Virus record (IMG/VR): IMGVR_UViG_3300027792_000010
Direction: 5' to 3' (one strand)
Length of the DNA stretch: 64,000 bases
Origin: a virus
Part shown: piece after piece, positions 56,801 to 64,000 of the stretch
How positions within the stretch are numbered: position 1 is the first letter of the stretch
How the letters are laid out: each line of letters begins with the position of its first letter
The notes under the pieces: model-generated
The model's input: only the letters and a program-made list of their open reading frames with translations
Told to the model about the DNA's origin: nothing
Databases searched by the model: none
Position numbers and translations under genes: made by a program

Positions 56801-57519
56801 AGAAAGATGTACCTCATTTTGTGTTTATGCAAAGTTATGACTTCATCAAATCTTTTATTAAAGGGGTTTTTGAGGGCGATGGTAGTAAGAATGCTAATGA
56901 GTATAAAATAGATATGGCGACTAAGCGTGGTATAATGAGTTTAAAATTATTATGCTCTAAAATAGGATTACACCCTAGTTTTAGAAGAACTAAGCATGGG
57001 GATGATGGAAATCTTGATTATTACGCTCTTGGACTAAGTAGTAGTCTGTGGTCTAAAATTTTCGATGAAAAACAAAAAGATAAAACTTATGAAGTATTTT
57101 TAGAATATGACGGTCAGGTATATTATCGTATAAAAAATATTAATAGGAAACAATATGAAGGCTATGTGTATAATTTAGAGGTAGAGGAAGATAATTCATA
57201 TGTATCCAATTTTGTAGCAGTACATAATTGCATCACAGCGGTCGAGAACGGATTAGCTAAGAACGCTCTATTAAGTACAGATTTTGCAGGATTGTCAACA
57301 ACAGTAGGGGATTCAGGTATCCTATTACCCTATGATCCTCAGCTTACGAGGGATGAAGATTACCCTAAGGATTACTCTGATAGATTTATATCTGAATCTA
57401 TAAGACTATTTAAGGATGAAAGTTATAGAAAAGAATGGGCTAATAAAGCTTATAATAAGATGAAAGAATATACCTGGGATAATATAGCTGAAGGTTGGAT
57501 TAAGCAATTTAAAGCTTAA
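53890..57519 (+). CDS. Multidomain glycosyltransferase (GT-B C-lobe + GT2 + GT4), intein-containing
   Basis: KSNVKVTTAMALGMPVIAS; IIIPNY...ILNSDV...EDSDLC; YSSSPDRGL; after splicing, ETFCITAVE is the GT4 E-x7-E motif. Confidence 0.9.
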   Translation: MKELKAGFFGCGGNSFLVTDYLRKTIEDAGYKLIVCSEWDNADVKWGLNTWKAAMNDCDVVLCPQRVEVQAAKSNVKVTTAMALGMPVIASRIKSYEEVIRHGENGYICDSMDDWSKALIELKDPEKRKQVGTAAKNSIGQYTQDYISTQWITTFNKILSEEIKEVNSEPMVSELKSRDLIDIIIPNYQNLDYLKMCLTSIRLNTTHPYNLIISDAGSGEEVWGYLRTLQGITVLGSPTQRKTYSEACNSGIEASNTKYLVILNSDVIVSSGWLTNLVDKMDSVERLAACGVLSNCDRGWLFRAPEDTDPRLSQLPVYPMTLMKSGVNLHPGMKKDEIEPHIEELYKFMEDSNKANKGKFVRQSWVAGYATIYARTAINEVGLFDTQYKNGCEDSDLCLRLAKSYFSMGQAIDSFVFHFGGVTRTTYQGENKEVYDKEDMDNHIKYRTKWAKQRVWIYTGPAHEPWDKAKVDAGMAGSETWATYLGEAFARKGYDVRIYNDLNIEDKALPKLEPVYVDNELVGAVTYRHYTNMYEDLKYDHIDYFISSRTVQPFLNNVHSCKKFVMVHDIWLSNDPNYDLQAWQVFKYAYLSEWHKNFLIHHHKMPSEKMFLTGNGVVQDLYKDVDLYTKKNKIVYSSSPDRGLYQLLQMFPAIKKEVPDLELVVGYGFFNWKSFARQRGDTASIALMEKIEGLMNQPGVTYLDRVDKKTLAYHQMEAKVWVMPTWFSETFCCHPDNEIVTDKGFKRIVDLTMTDKVLTHKGRFRRIEKILSRKVNEELLGLIIKNHTADIGYYTPEHPILRITSKVANKIKRNKEMIKEQGIISDWVSIKDIHVGDYVCLPTIKESTPVKYYELISDMKDINRNYRVYGNNIMTRKDSRYKTIPSKILMNEEFARFLGLYFSEGSFSGGCIKFSFHKKEEAYISFVREYIKNTFGYETKVSTKNNCSIVSCYCNSLGEWLKRIFGREASKKDVPHFVFMQSYDFIKSFIKGVFEGDGSKNANEYKIDMATKRGIMSLKLLCSKIGLHPSFRRTKHGDDGNLDYYALGLSSSLWSKIFDEKQKDKTYEVFLEYDGQVYYRIKNINRKQYEGYVYNLEVEEDNSYVSNFVAVHNCITAVENGLAKNALLSTDFAGLSTTVGDSGILLPYDPQLTRDEDYPKDYSDRFISESIRLFKDESYRKEWANKAYNKMKEYTWDNIAEGWIKQFKA
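56083..57228 (+). mobile_element. Intein (382 aa) with LAGLIDADG endonuclease in the GT4 EX7E motif
   Basis: ETF|CCHPDN...VYNLEVEEDNSYVSNFVAVHN|CITAVE; FLGLYFSEGS and FIKGVFEGDGS. Confidence 0.93.
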
Positions 57520-57545
57520 ATAGGTTATAGTATAAAAAACGGATG

Positions 57546-57575
57546 AAAGCCTCTTGGGTAACCAAGGGGCTTTTT
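57546..57575 (+). terminator. Intrinsic terminator ending the glycosyltransferase operon
   Basis: AAAGCCTCTTGG-GTAA-CCAAGGGGCTTT-TT. Confidence 0.85.
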
Positions 57576-57581
57576 GTTTTG

Positions 57582-57595
57582 ATAATCTTTTAATA
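57582..57595 (+). promoter_or_regulatory. Class II (putative late) promoter
   Basis: ATAATCTTTTAATA directly after the terminator. Confidence 0.7.
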
Positions 57596-57636
57596 AAGGT
57601 ACGGTAGGTAAATGAGTTTCTTTTTTGGAGGTATAT

Positions 57637-58086
57637 ATGAGTGCCCCTGCGATTCAAGTAGCTGTTAGTGATGAGTTAGTGAAAATATTTTGGGATATAG
57701 ATACATCAAATACGTATAGAGGTTTTAATCTTTACTATTCTCTTACCGATGCTACTATGGCATCACCTACTGTGCAGGGGAAAGAGATACCTAATGTCCC
57801 GAGTACTACATATAGCAAGAGTCAGGTCATATACACGTTTAGGAGAAGTGATATAGGAGCAGGTATTAATCAGCCTTTTTATCTTAGATTAAGAGGTGTG
57901 AGTCAAGCCGGGGTAGAAGATACTGCAACACCGGGGCCTATAAAGTACCTTCCTAGTTATTCTGAAAAAGCTCCTATGGTAAAACAGATGATGTATGCCT
58001 ATGACCCTACAGATAATGTATACAGAAAAGTAAAAGTAGTGCAGGATACAGGTAATGAATCCGGTAAACTTGATACTACAACTTAA
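57637..58086 (+). CDS. Putative Ig/FN3-like virion protein
   Basis: VKIFWD...GFNLYYS...YLRLRGVS FN3-like pattern; ATG 57637 behind GGAGG. Confidence 0.5.
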   Translation: MSAPAIQVAVSDELVKIFWDIDTSNTYRGFNLYYSLTDATMASPTVQGKEIPNVPSTTYSKSQVIYTFRRSDIGAGINQPFYLRLRGVSQAGVEDTATPGPIKYLPSYSEKAPMVKQMMYAYDPTDNVYRKVKVVQDTGNESGKLDTTT

Positions 58087-58095
58087 GAGATGGTA

Positions 58096-58109
58096 ATAAT
58101 CTTTTAATA
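58096..58109 (+). promoter_or_regulatory. Class II (putative late) promoter
   Basis: ATAATCTTTTAATA upstream of 58189. Confidence 0.7.
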
Positions 58110-58188
58110 TAAGAGTATAAGTAATATGCTCTTATATAAGAGCTTGTAAATAGATTTAGCAAAGTTCACATTTTAAGGAGGAATTACA

Positions 58189-58620
58189 ATGGCTAATCGT
58201 CTAAAAATCGAGTATAAGGGAAGCAACATAGGTAAGATATATCTTAGCGATGTTGGTAAAAGATATGGTCTTGGTGGAGGGCAAGAGGGTGACTATGGTA
58301 CATCAGGCCAAGATCTATATATGATTTGGGGCGAGACAATTGTTTTAGACCTGACTGGGGAAGTTTTAAGAAGTATGACTGCTGGTGTTCTTAAGTTTTT
58401 CACTACAGCTTCTAGCTCAACAGCTTTTACAACTAACGGTGCTCCATTAACTCTAACTGAAGGTTCTTATACCTCTGCTGATGAGTATCCAAGAAGAGAC
58501 CTTGGTGCTACAGGTGGTACAAAATTCTCGGATGCGTATCTTGCCATTCTTGCTAATGACAAATACGCTCCTACAGGTGCTGCTGGCGCGACTGGTGTAT
58601 ATGTTGGAAACTCGTTCTAA
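58189..58620 (+). CDS. Putative virion structural protein
   Basis: Strong ribosome-binding site; G/T/A-rich; GATG motifs. Confidence 0.6.
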   Translation: MANRLKIEYKGSNIGKIYLSDVGKRYGLGGGQEGDYGTSGQDLYMIWGETIVLDLTGEVLRSMTAGVLKFFTTASSSTAFTTNGAPLTLTEGSYTSADEYPRRDLGATGGTKFSDAYLAILANDKYAPTGAAGATGVYVGNSF

Positions 58621-58635
58621 GTGACGGTCTTTTTA

Positions 58636-58664
58636 AGAGTAGCTCAGAAATTCTGGGCTACTCT
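58636..58664. terminator. Long intergenic hairpin (possible terminator or stabiliser)
   Basis: AGAGTAGCTCAGAA/TTCTGGGCTACTCT inverted repeat. Confidence 0.5.
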
Positions 58665-58696
58665 AATCATCATAGATTAGATAAAGGTATAACAAA

Positions 58697-58981
58697 ATGA
58701 CTATAAATAGTATACATGGAGATCTGATCCACACAGAAGAGGGTGTAAAAACCTGTGACTTATATCTTGCAGCATTCTTTGTTTCTGCTGGATGCCCAAT
58801 AAAAAAGACGTATAAAGACCCAAAGAGAGTCTATTTTTTGTTTGAAAACCCAGACATGATCGAAAGGCTGAGAGAGGACTATTTTACAAGAAGATCGAAT
58901 GTCATAGCTCTAACATATGCAGACAACATAAAGTCTCTCAAAAGCCTGTGTGCAAGTATTACAGATAATCTAAAGAGGTAA
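58697..58981 (+). CDS. DUF5659-like small protein
   Basis: TCDLYLAAFF...G....RVYFLFE pattern (from memory). Confidence 0.55.
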   Translation: MTINSIHGDLIHTEEGVKTCDLYLAAFFVSAGCPIKKTYKDPKRVYFLFENPDMIERLREDYFTRRSNVIALTYADNIKSLKSLCASITDNLKR

Positions 58982-58984
58982 AAA

Positions 58985-59197
58985 GTGGCAGGATTATACG
59001 ATACTTTTCAGGGGAGTATAGGCACTGTATCCCCAGTGTTTGGTCAATATAAGCAACTTATGGGTATTGACCTTGATATCGGAATATCCGGTATAAATGG
59101 TCTTACTGGAGCTGGAACACTACAGCCATATAATGTATGGGTGGGTATAACAGGGATACAGGGAAGTAGTCAAGTACATTCAAAGTGGGAATATTAA
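58985..59197 (+). CDS. Small Gly-rich protein with GxTG motifs
   Basis: GTG start; GLTGAG and GITGIQG. Confidence 0.55.
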   Translation: MAGLYDTFQGSIGTVSPVFGQYKQLMGIDLDIGISGINGLTGAGTLQPYNVWVGITGIQGSSQVHSKWEY

Positions 59198-59198
59198 T

Positions 59199-59684
59199 AT
59201 GTTAAGAGTCTCGGCTATTCAGGCTATGAAGCATATAGCAGCAAGTAACTTCAAATTAGGAACTGTTGTTTTTAACGATTTTGAGGGTATTAATGAGCTT
59301 CATAAGCAGAAGGCTGTAGAAGAAGACGGAGAGATAGATTTAGATACTATTAATCAGTTTGACTTTTGGGCTGATCTTAGTATCAAATACGAAGGCAACC
59401 CTCCTGAAAGCTATAGAGTTTTGAATTCCATCCTAATGGACTGGGTGGATGATAATGAGCAGAATCTAAAAAAAATCATAAATCCACGATTGAAAAAATT
59501 CCTACAAGAAAAATATAGCGATATTGATTCCAGTGAGTTAGACGAGAACTTTGATGACTTCATTTGGGAAGATCAAGTAGATTATATGCCAGAGATAAAT
59601 GAAGAGGATAAGATAGTAGATTTCAAATTAGAACTAATACTTGAAATAGAAGAAGTAGAAGAAGATCTCGATGAGGATGCTTAA
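59199..59684 (+). CDS. Acidic hypothetical protein
   Basis: 161-aa D/E-rich ORF. Confidence 0.65.
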   Translation: MLRVSAIQAMKHIAASNFKLGTVVFNDFEGINELHKQKAVEEDGEIDLDTINQFDFWADLSIKYEGNPPESYRVLNSILMDWVDDNEQNLKKIINPRLKKFLQEKYSDIDSSELDENFDDFIWEDQVDYMPEINEEDKIVDFKLELILEIEEVEEDLDEDA

Positions 59685-59773
59685 AAATATAAGCACTCAA
59701 GTTAATAGGTATGATAATATGCCGTACCGCAGGATATAATATAGGTTTCAATTCCATTTTAAAAGCGGTATTT

Positions 59774-59806
59774 AAAAGCTGTGACAGAAATGTCTCAGCT
59801 TTTTTT
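59774..59806 (+). terminator. Intrinsic terminator
   Basis: AAAAGCTGTGACA-GAAA-TGTCTCAGCTTTT-TTT. Confidence 0.85.
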
Positions 59807-59810
59807 GTTT

Positions 59811-59824
59811 ATAATCTATTAATC
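59811..59824 (+). promoter_or_regulatory. Class II promoter (1 mismatch)
   Basis: ATAATCTATTAATC directly after the terminator, upstream of 59862. Confidence 0.6.
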
Positions 59825-59861
59825 TTTTATTAATTATATCTGAACTATAGAAGGGTATATT

Positions 59862-62378
59862 ATGCTCTATTTGGGATATACATTAACGGATAGTGATTTG
59901 GTCGCCAGTTTTATTGACGATACTAATAACTATTTTGACCCGTACTTTGTATCATACACTATAAAGTATATAGATGATATAGGAAATACTTTAATAGTTG
60001 GACAGGAAGATAGAGTACCGATACATATAGCTACTGGAAGATACAGACCAGCATTTACCATACCTACAAACTGGAGAATAGGGTATTACTTTGTAATATG
60101 GAAGTTTAGGAATAAACTTGGATGCCCTATCTTTTATAAAAGAGAGAAATTCCAGATTGTTACTGCTGATTCTATTACAGGTATTGTTAATCTTGAGAAT
60201 ATAGATTTTCACAATCCTTACTATTCTATAACCGGAATAAACTATACAGGGATACAGTGCCCTCAAAAGCCAGCGGTAGCTATAGGGGATACAGGTGTAA
60301 TAGGTCCTACAGGACCTATGGGTATTACAGGCGCAGCAGCTTTTTTTATTCAGAAGAATGCCAGATACGTCGATTTGAATGGGTCTGATACTACAGGTAA
60401 CGGCTCTTCTACAAATCCATACAGAACAATAAAGTTTGCTTGTGACTCTATTTTAGATTCCGGGAGAAATAATCCTTACAGCATATTTGTTAATGCCGGA
60501 TTATATGAAGAAAATCCATTTTTAGTCCCAGAACAAGTAGGTATCTTTTCTATGGACGAGATGGTTATTCTTGTAGCAAATGACCCTGATACTGATTTTA
60601 TAACATTATCTAATTTTTCTAACTTACAATCTATGGAGATTAGAGGTCCTATTAATGCCACTGCCATAGTATCTATAGATGTATTGCCAGTAATGAATGG
60701 TATATACATAAGCTCAGGTAAAAGAGGTATAAGAATATCTGGTTCTGGAGCTAGTGATAGCGAACTTGTTGAAACATATATAGATTTAGATGTAGAAGAA
60801 GGTATTAGTATTGAAGATGGAGTAAATAATGTAGTGTTCAGAGGTTTATTTAGTTATGCTTATAATTATGCACTTAGGATAAGTGGTGGATCAAAAATTA
60901 TTTTAAATAATTTTGATATACAAAATACTGTAACTGGTATAATAGTAGAATCTACAGGTACAGATGTATCATTAAAAGTAGGTAGGATAAGTGGATCAGA
61001 AGTAGGTATTAAAACAGATGATAGTTCAACCTCAACTTTAGTAGCAGTTATTTTTGAGTCCTGCAATGTTGACTTAGTACAAATAGGTGGTTCATATGTT
61101 TATGTAGACTCTTCTACTATACATATTAATTTATGCATAGTAGAAGACTGGGATAGGATAATAGGGCAGTTTTTTAATATAGATGATTTTGGTTCTGGAC
61201 TAAAAATACAAGGTAGGATGGATGCAGGTTCCCCAGAACTTGGAGCTATAGCAACTATAGGCGAGGGCTCTAGCGAATCCAGAGGGTTAAAAGTTTTTGA
61301 GTACAATGCCTTAACTGATACTTTTGTAGACGTATCAAGTAGCGCCAGACAAATAGGGGGGCCTACATTTACTTTTCCTTCGAATGAAGTAAACTCGGCG
61401 GTCTATGTATCGACTGAGATAAAAGATGCTAATAGCTTATACTATAAAATAAAAGGAATAAGAACAAATACCCTTACTGCCGCAGTATTAGGTACAGGAA
61501 ACATAGTATCTGAGTATTGGAATGGCTCTACATGGTATCCTTTTAATACTATGTCTTTTGATACTGTAAATTTTTATACTTATGGTAATAATCTTTTTCA
61601 AAGAGTAACAGATAGTAATACATCTGAAATGATACATTTTTCTTGCACTATAGAAGAAGATTGGACGGATAGTGACCCGATGCTATCAGGGACTTATAAG
61701 TATTGGATTAGATTCAGAATAGCAAGCCCTATTAGTGTTTTACCGATTTTTGATTATTATAGAATTATTACAAGTAGAACAAGAATAGAAAAAGACGGCT
61801 TTATGACATTTAGTGGTAAAGCTAGAAGTATAAGAAGAGCGCAGTATGATATTGATTCCTCATCTAGTATAAAAAATCTACCAGCAACAGTAAATCTATA
61901 TAGAGGCGACATAGGAGTCAGTAGGTATCAAAATAGCTTTACTAAAGGCGACCTATGTAATGGAGGTTATTCCTTTTTTGTTCCGTTTGACTTGGATACA
62001 AGCTGTCCCTTAATTGTTAAAGTTGTTTATATGGTATTAGATGACTCGGCTGGGGATGTAGAAATAGTTTTTAAGTGGGATATAACGTCTATAAACTCTG
62101 ATGTGTATAATACTATACAATCCCCGACTCCAACAGAAAGTATCGTTTCTATTCCAATTTCTATACCCTCAAACTCATCCTTTAAGCAAATGTTTTTTAC
62201 TGGATATGTACCCATACCTACTTCGGTCCCATATGCTGGAGACGAGTCTAATTTATTGTGGGGCGAAATGAGTAGAGATGGGAGATACTCTAATAGTGCT
62301 GATACGTACCAAGGAGATTTTAACATTATACAGATATCTATAGAATACGTAGCATGGAATAACGGGAGACACATATAA
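59862..62378 (+). CDS. Virion spike/fibre-associated protein with parallel beta-helix-like region
   Basis: YVDLNGSDTTGNGSSTNPYRTIKFA...VNAGLY.E beta-helix cap; short collagen stretch GDTGVIGPTGPMGITG. Confidence 0.6.
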   Translation: MLYLGYTLTDSDLVASFIDDTNNYFDPYFVSYTIKYIDDIGNTLIVGQEDRVPIHIATGRYRPAFTIPTNWRIGYYFVIWKFRNKLGCPIFYKREKFQIVTADSITGIVNLENIDFHNPYYSITGINYTGIQCPQKPAVAIGDTGVIGPTGPMGITGAAAFFIQKNARYVDLNGSDTTGNGSSTNPYRTIKFACDSILDSGRNNPYSIFVNAGLYEENPFLVPEQVGIFSMDEMVILVANDPDTDFITLSNFSNLQSMEIRGPINATAIVSIDVLPVMNGIYISSGKRGIRISGSGASDSELVETYIDLDVEEGISIEDGVNNVVFRGLFSYAYNYALRISGGSKIILNNFDIQNTVTGIIVESTGTDVSLKVGRISGSEVGIKTDDSSTSTLVAVIFESCNVDLVQIGGSYVYVDSSTIHINLCIVEDWDRIIGQFFNIDDFGSGLKIQGRMDAGSPELGAIATIGEGSSESRGLKVFEYNALTDTFVDVSSSARQIGGPTFTFPSNEVNSAVYVSTEIKDANSLYYKIKGIRTNTLTAAVLGTGNIVSEYWNGSTWYPFNTMSFDTVNFYTYGNNLFQRVTDSNTSEMIHFSCTIEEDWTDSDPMLSGTYKYWIRFRIASPISVLPIFDYYRIITSRTRIEKDGFMTFSGKARSIRRAQYDIDSSSSIKNLPATVNLYRGDIGVSRYQNSFTKGDLCNGGYSFFVPFDLDTSCPLIVKVVYMVLDDSAGDVEIVFKWDITSINSDVYNTIQSPTPTESIVSIPISIPSNSSFKQMFFTGYVPIPTSVPYAGDESNLLWGEMSRDGRYSNSADTYQGDFNIIQISIEYVAWNNGRHI

Positions 62379-64000
62379 TGTCACTATTTGAAAATAATAC
62401 AAATAGGTATTTAAGAACTTTAGGGTATAATATAGTAGATACGAGTTCTACTCCAATTACATTATATAAAAATAGCGTTCAATTTATAATTTTAGAGGGT
62501 AATATATCTCAGTCTATTATATTTGATGATGCTAGAGAGATATATGCTGGAAAAGTTTTTGAAATTACTAATAACAGTATAGAAGATTCTAATATCCAAA
62601 ATTCTCTATCTATTATACTTTACACATTAAAACCTAGTACCTCTGCTCGTTTTATCCTTAATGATAATACTACCCAAGGCGGAGTCTGGGTTATTACTAC
62701 CGTAGGAGGCGAGACTGGCTCTTTAGGTATGACTGGTATACAAGGAATAACGGGATTATTCGGAGGTACTGGAGCACAAGGAGTCACAGGTCCGCAAGGT
62801 TTAACTGGAGTAGGATATATAGGATCTGATGGTCACACGGGGCCACAGGGTGTTACCGGAATAGGGGGCACTTATGGTTTTACAGGACTACAGGGAGTCA
62901 CAGGTGTAGGATTTATAGGTACCGACGGAGAAACAGGAGTACAAGGAGAAACAGGATTATTAGGGGTTACTGGAGTTCAAGGAAATACAGGAATACAAGG
63001 ACATTTAGGAAGTACAGGTGAAATAGGTGCTCAAGGTATAACTGGGTTAGCAGGCCATACTGGAGTAAGAGGGTTTACAGGATTAGGTTATACAGGCATT
63101 CAAGGTATCACAGGTCTCATCGGACAAACAGGTCCCCAAGGGTTTACAGGATTAGGTTACACAGGCATTCAAGGTATAACTGGGTTAGTAGGCCATACAG
63201 GTCCTCAAGGGTTTACAGGATTAGGCTATACAGGTCTCATCGGACAAACAGGTCCCCAAGGGTTTACAGGATTAGGTTATACGGGTATTCAAGGTATCAC
63301 AGGTCTCATCGGACAAACAGGTCCCCAAGGGTTTACAGGATTAGGTTATACAGGCACTCAAGGTATAACTGGGTTAGTAGGTCATACAGGTCCCCAAGGG
63401 TTTACAGGATTAGGCTATACAGGCATTCAAGGTATAACAGGTCTCATCGGACAAACTGGAGTAAGAGGGTTTACTGGATTAGGTGTAACTGGATTACAGG
63501 GACAAACCGGAATACCAGGACCTACGGGATTTCAAGGATTAACTGGTTCTCAAGGACAGACAGGGCCTTTTGGAGTCGCAGGGTCAACTGGTTCCCCTGG
63601 AGTACAGGGACTAACAGGTAATCAGGGTATACAAGGACACACAGGATTTGTAGGATTAACAGGATATCAGGGTATAACTGGGAATCCGGGAAATAGCCCT
63701 ACAGGACCTATAGGAGCTACAGGAGTAAGAGGATTTACTGGGTTGGGTGTAACAGGGGTACAAGGTCTTACTGGGTCACAGGGTACTCAAGGAGCTACTG
63801 GGTTGGGATCTACGGGTCTTATCGGTAGCACCGGAATACAGGGTTATACAGGATTAGGTATTACAGGTATCCAAGGTATCCAAGGAAATACAGGGCTTAT
63901 AGGTAATCAAGGACAAACAGGACCTATAGGAAGTACTGGAATTCAGGGCATCCAAGGAGTTCAAGGAATTCAAGGAATTCAAGGTGATACAGGTACTCAA
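62378..64000 (+). CDS. Collagen-like fibre protein, Thr-rich G-X-T repeats (partial, runs off the right edge; not in ORF track)
   Basis: ATG overlaps the previous TAA (TAATG). Open for 541 codons: MSLFENNTNRY..., then over 400 aa of G-X-T/G-X-Q triplets. Confidence 0.92.
   Translation, partial: MSLFENNTNRYLRTLGYNIVDTSSTPITLYKNSVQFIILEGNISQSIIFDDAREIYAGKVFEITNNSIEDSNIQNSLSIILYTLKPSTSARFILNDNTTQGGVWVITTVGGETGSLGMTGIQGITGLFGGTGAQGVTGPQGLTGVGYIGSDGHTGPQGVTGIGGTYGFTGLQGVTGVGFIGTDGETGVQGETGLLGVTGVQGNTGIQGHLGSTGEIGAQGITGLAGHTGVRGFTGLGYTGIQGITGLIGQTGPQGFTGLGYTGIQGITGLVGHTGPQGFTGLGYTGLIGQTGPQGFTGLGYTGIQGITGLIGQTGPQGFTGLGYTGTQGITGLVGHTGPQGFTGLGYTGIQGITGLIGQTGVRGFTGLGVTGLQGQTGIPGPTGFQGLTGSQGQTGPFGVAGSTGSPGVQGLTGNQGIQGHTGFVGLTGYQGITGNPGNSPTGPIGATGVRGFTGLGVTGVQGLTGSQGTQGATGLGSTGLIGSTGIQGYTGLGITGIQGIQGNTGLIGNQGQTGPIGSTGIQGIQGVQGIQGIQGDTGTQ
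63062..63490 (+). repeat. 69-nt (23-aa) imperfect tandem repeat within the collagen gene
   Basis: GPQ-GFT-GL-GYT-GIQ-GIT-GLI-GQT; seven GFT-GL-G(Y/V)T cores, one unit lacking 18 nt. Confidence 0.9.

Noticed and set aside
59685-59775. 21-codon ORF (MIICRTAG...) in the intergenic gap
   Set aside because: Too short, weak ribosome-binding site, no recognisable motif.
784-62374. Many antisense or alternate-frame ORFs in the track (e.g. 784-1050, 4103-4600, 25342-25815, 28967-29449, 39605-40285, 39649-40212)
   Set aside because: Ser/Phe/Leu-rich shadows of charged or repetitive genes on the other strand; no ribosome-binding sites or motifs.
1-64000. CRISPR array, tRNA, rRNA, tmRNA, retron or DGR
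   Set aside because: No repeat-spacer series, cloverleaf or rRNA-like tract, and no reverse transcriptase motif seen. The 48-bp repeat has only two copies 843 nt apart.
1-64000. Stop-codon reassignment as in some jumbo phages
   Set aside because: Conserved genes are full length in code 11, and TAA, TAG and TGA all end genes at tight junctions (e.g. ATGA overlaps at 12210, 19756, 23587, 31154).

Overview
This is a 64-kb, AT-rich segment of a large tailed dsDNA bacteriophage (Caudoviricetes, probably jumbo-sized), read with the standard genetic code. No rRNA, tRNA, CRISPR array or reverse transcriptase is visible. Bases 1-8988 (minus strand) hold a recombination/repair module: SbcC/Rad50-like ATPase (partial, absent from the ORF track), RecA, RuvC, gp32-like SSB, HU and RecD2. 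Bases 9356-19192 (plus strand) hold replication and transcription genes: a complete bacterial-type clamp loader (HolB, HolA, DnaX), primase, 5'-3' exonuclease, a NusG paralog and a sigma-region-4-only protein. Bases 19319-64000 are morphogenesis genes: TerL and portal (each with an intein), prohead protease, scaffold, decoration protein, HK97-type major capsid, a LAGLIDADG-methyltransferase fusion, putative head-cargo enzymes, two multidomain glycosyltransferases (one with an intein) and a Thr-rich collagen-like fibre running off the right end. Main observations: (1) three catalytically dead enzyme homologs among the non-structural genes (deaminase, Tpt1/KptA, nicotinamidase/isochorismatase); (2) a glycosyltransferase operon beside virion proteins rich in G-x-T-G motifs, suggesting phage-encoded virion O-glycosylation; (3) a recurrent [K/R]-x-A-[S/A] motif in head proteins and in enzyme cargo (two 2H phosphoesterases, a lethal-factor-like peptidase); (4) two promoter classes readable from the sequence, TTTAAA-N17-TAYATT and ATAATCTWTTAATA. 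All protein family calls come from motif recognition by eye, with no database searches.
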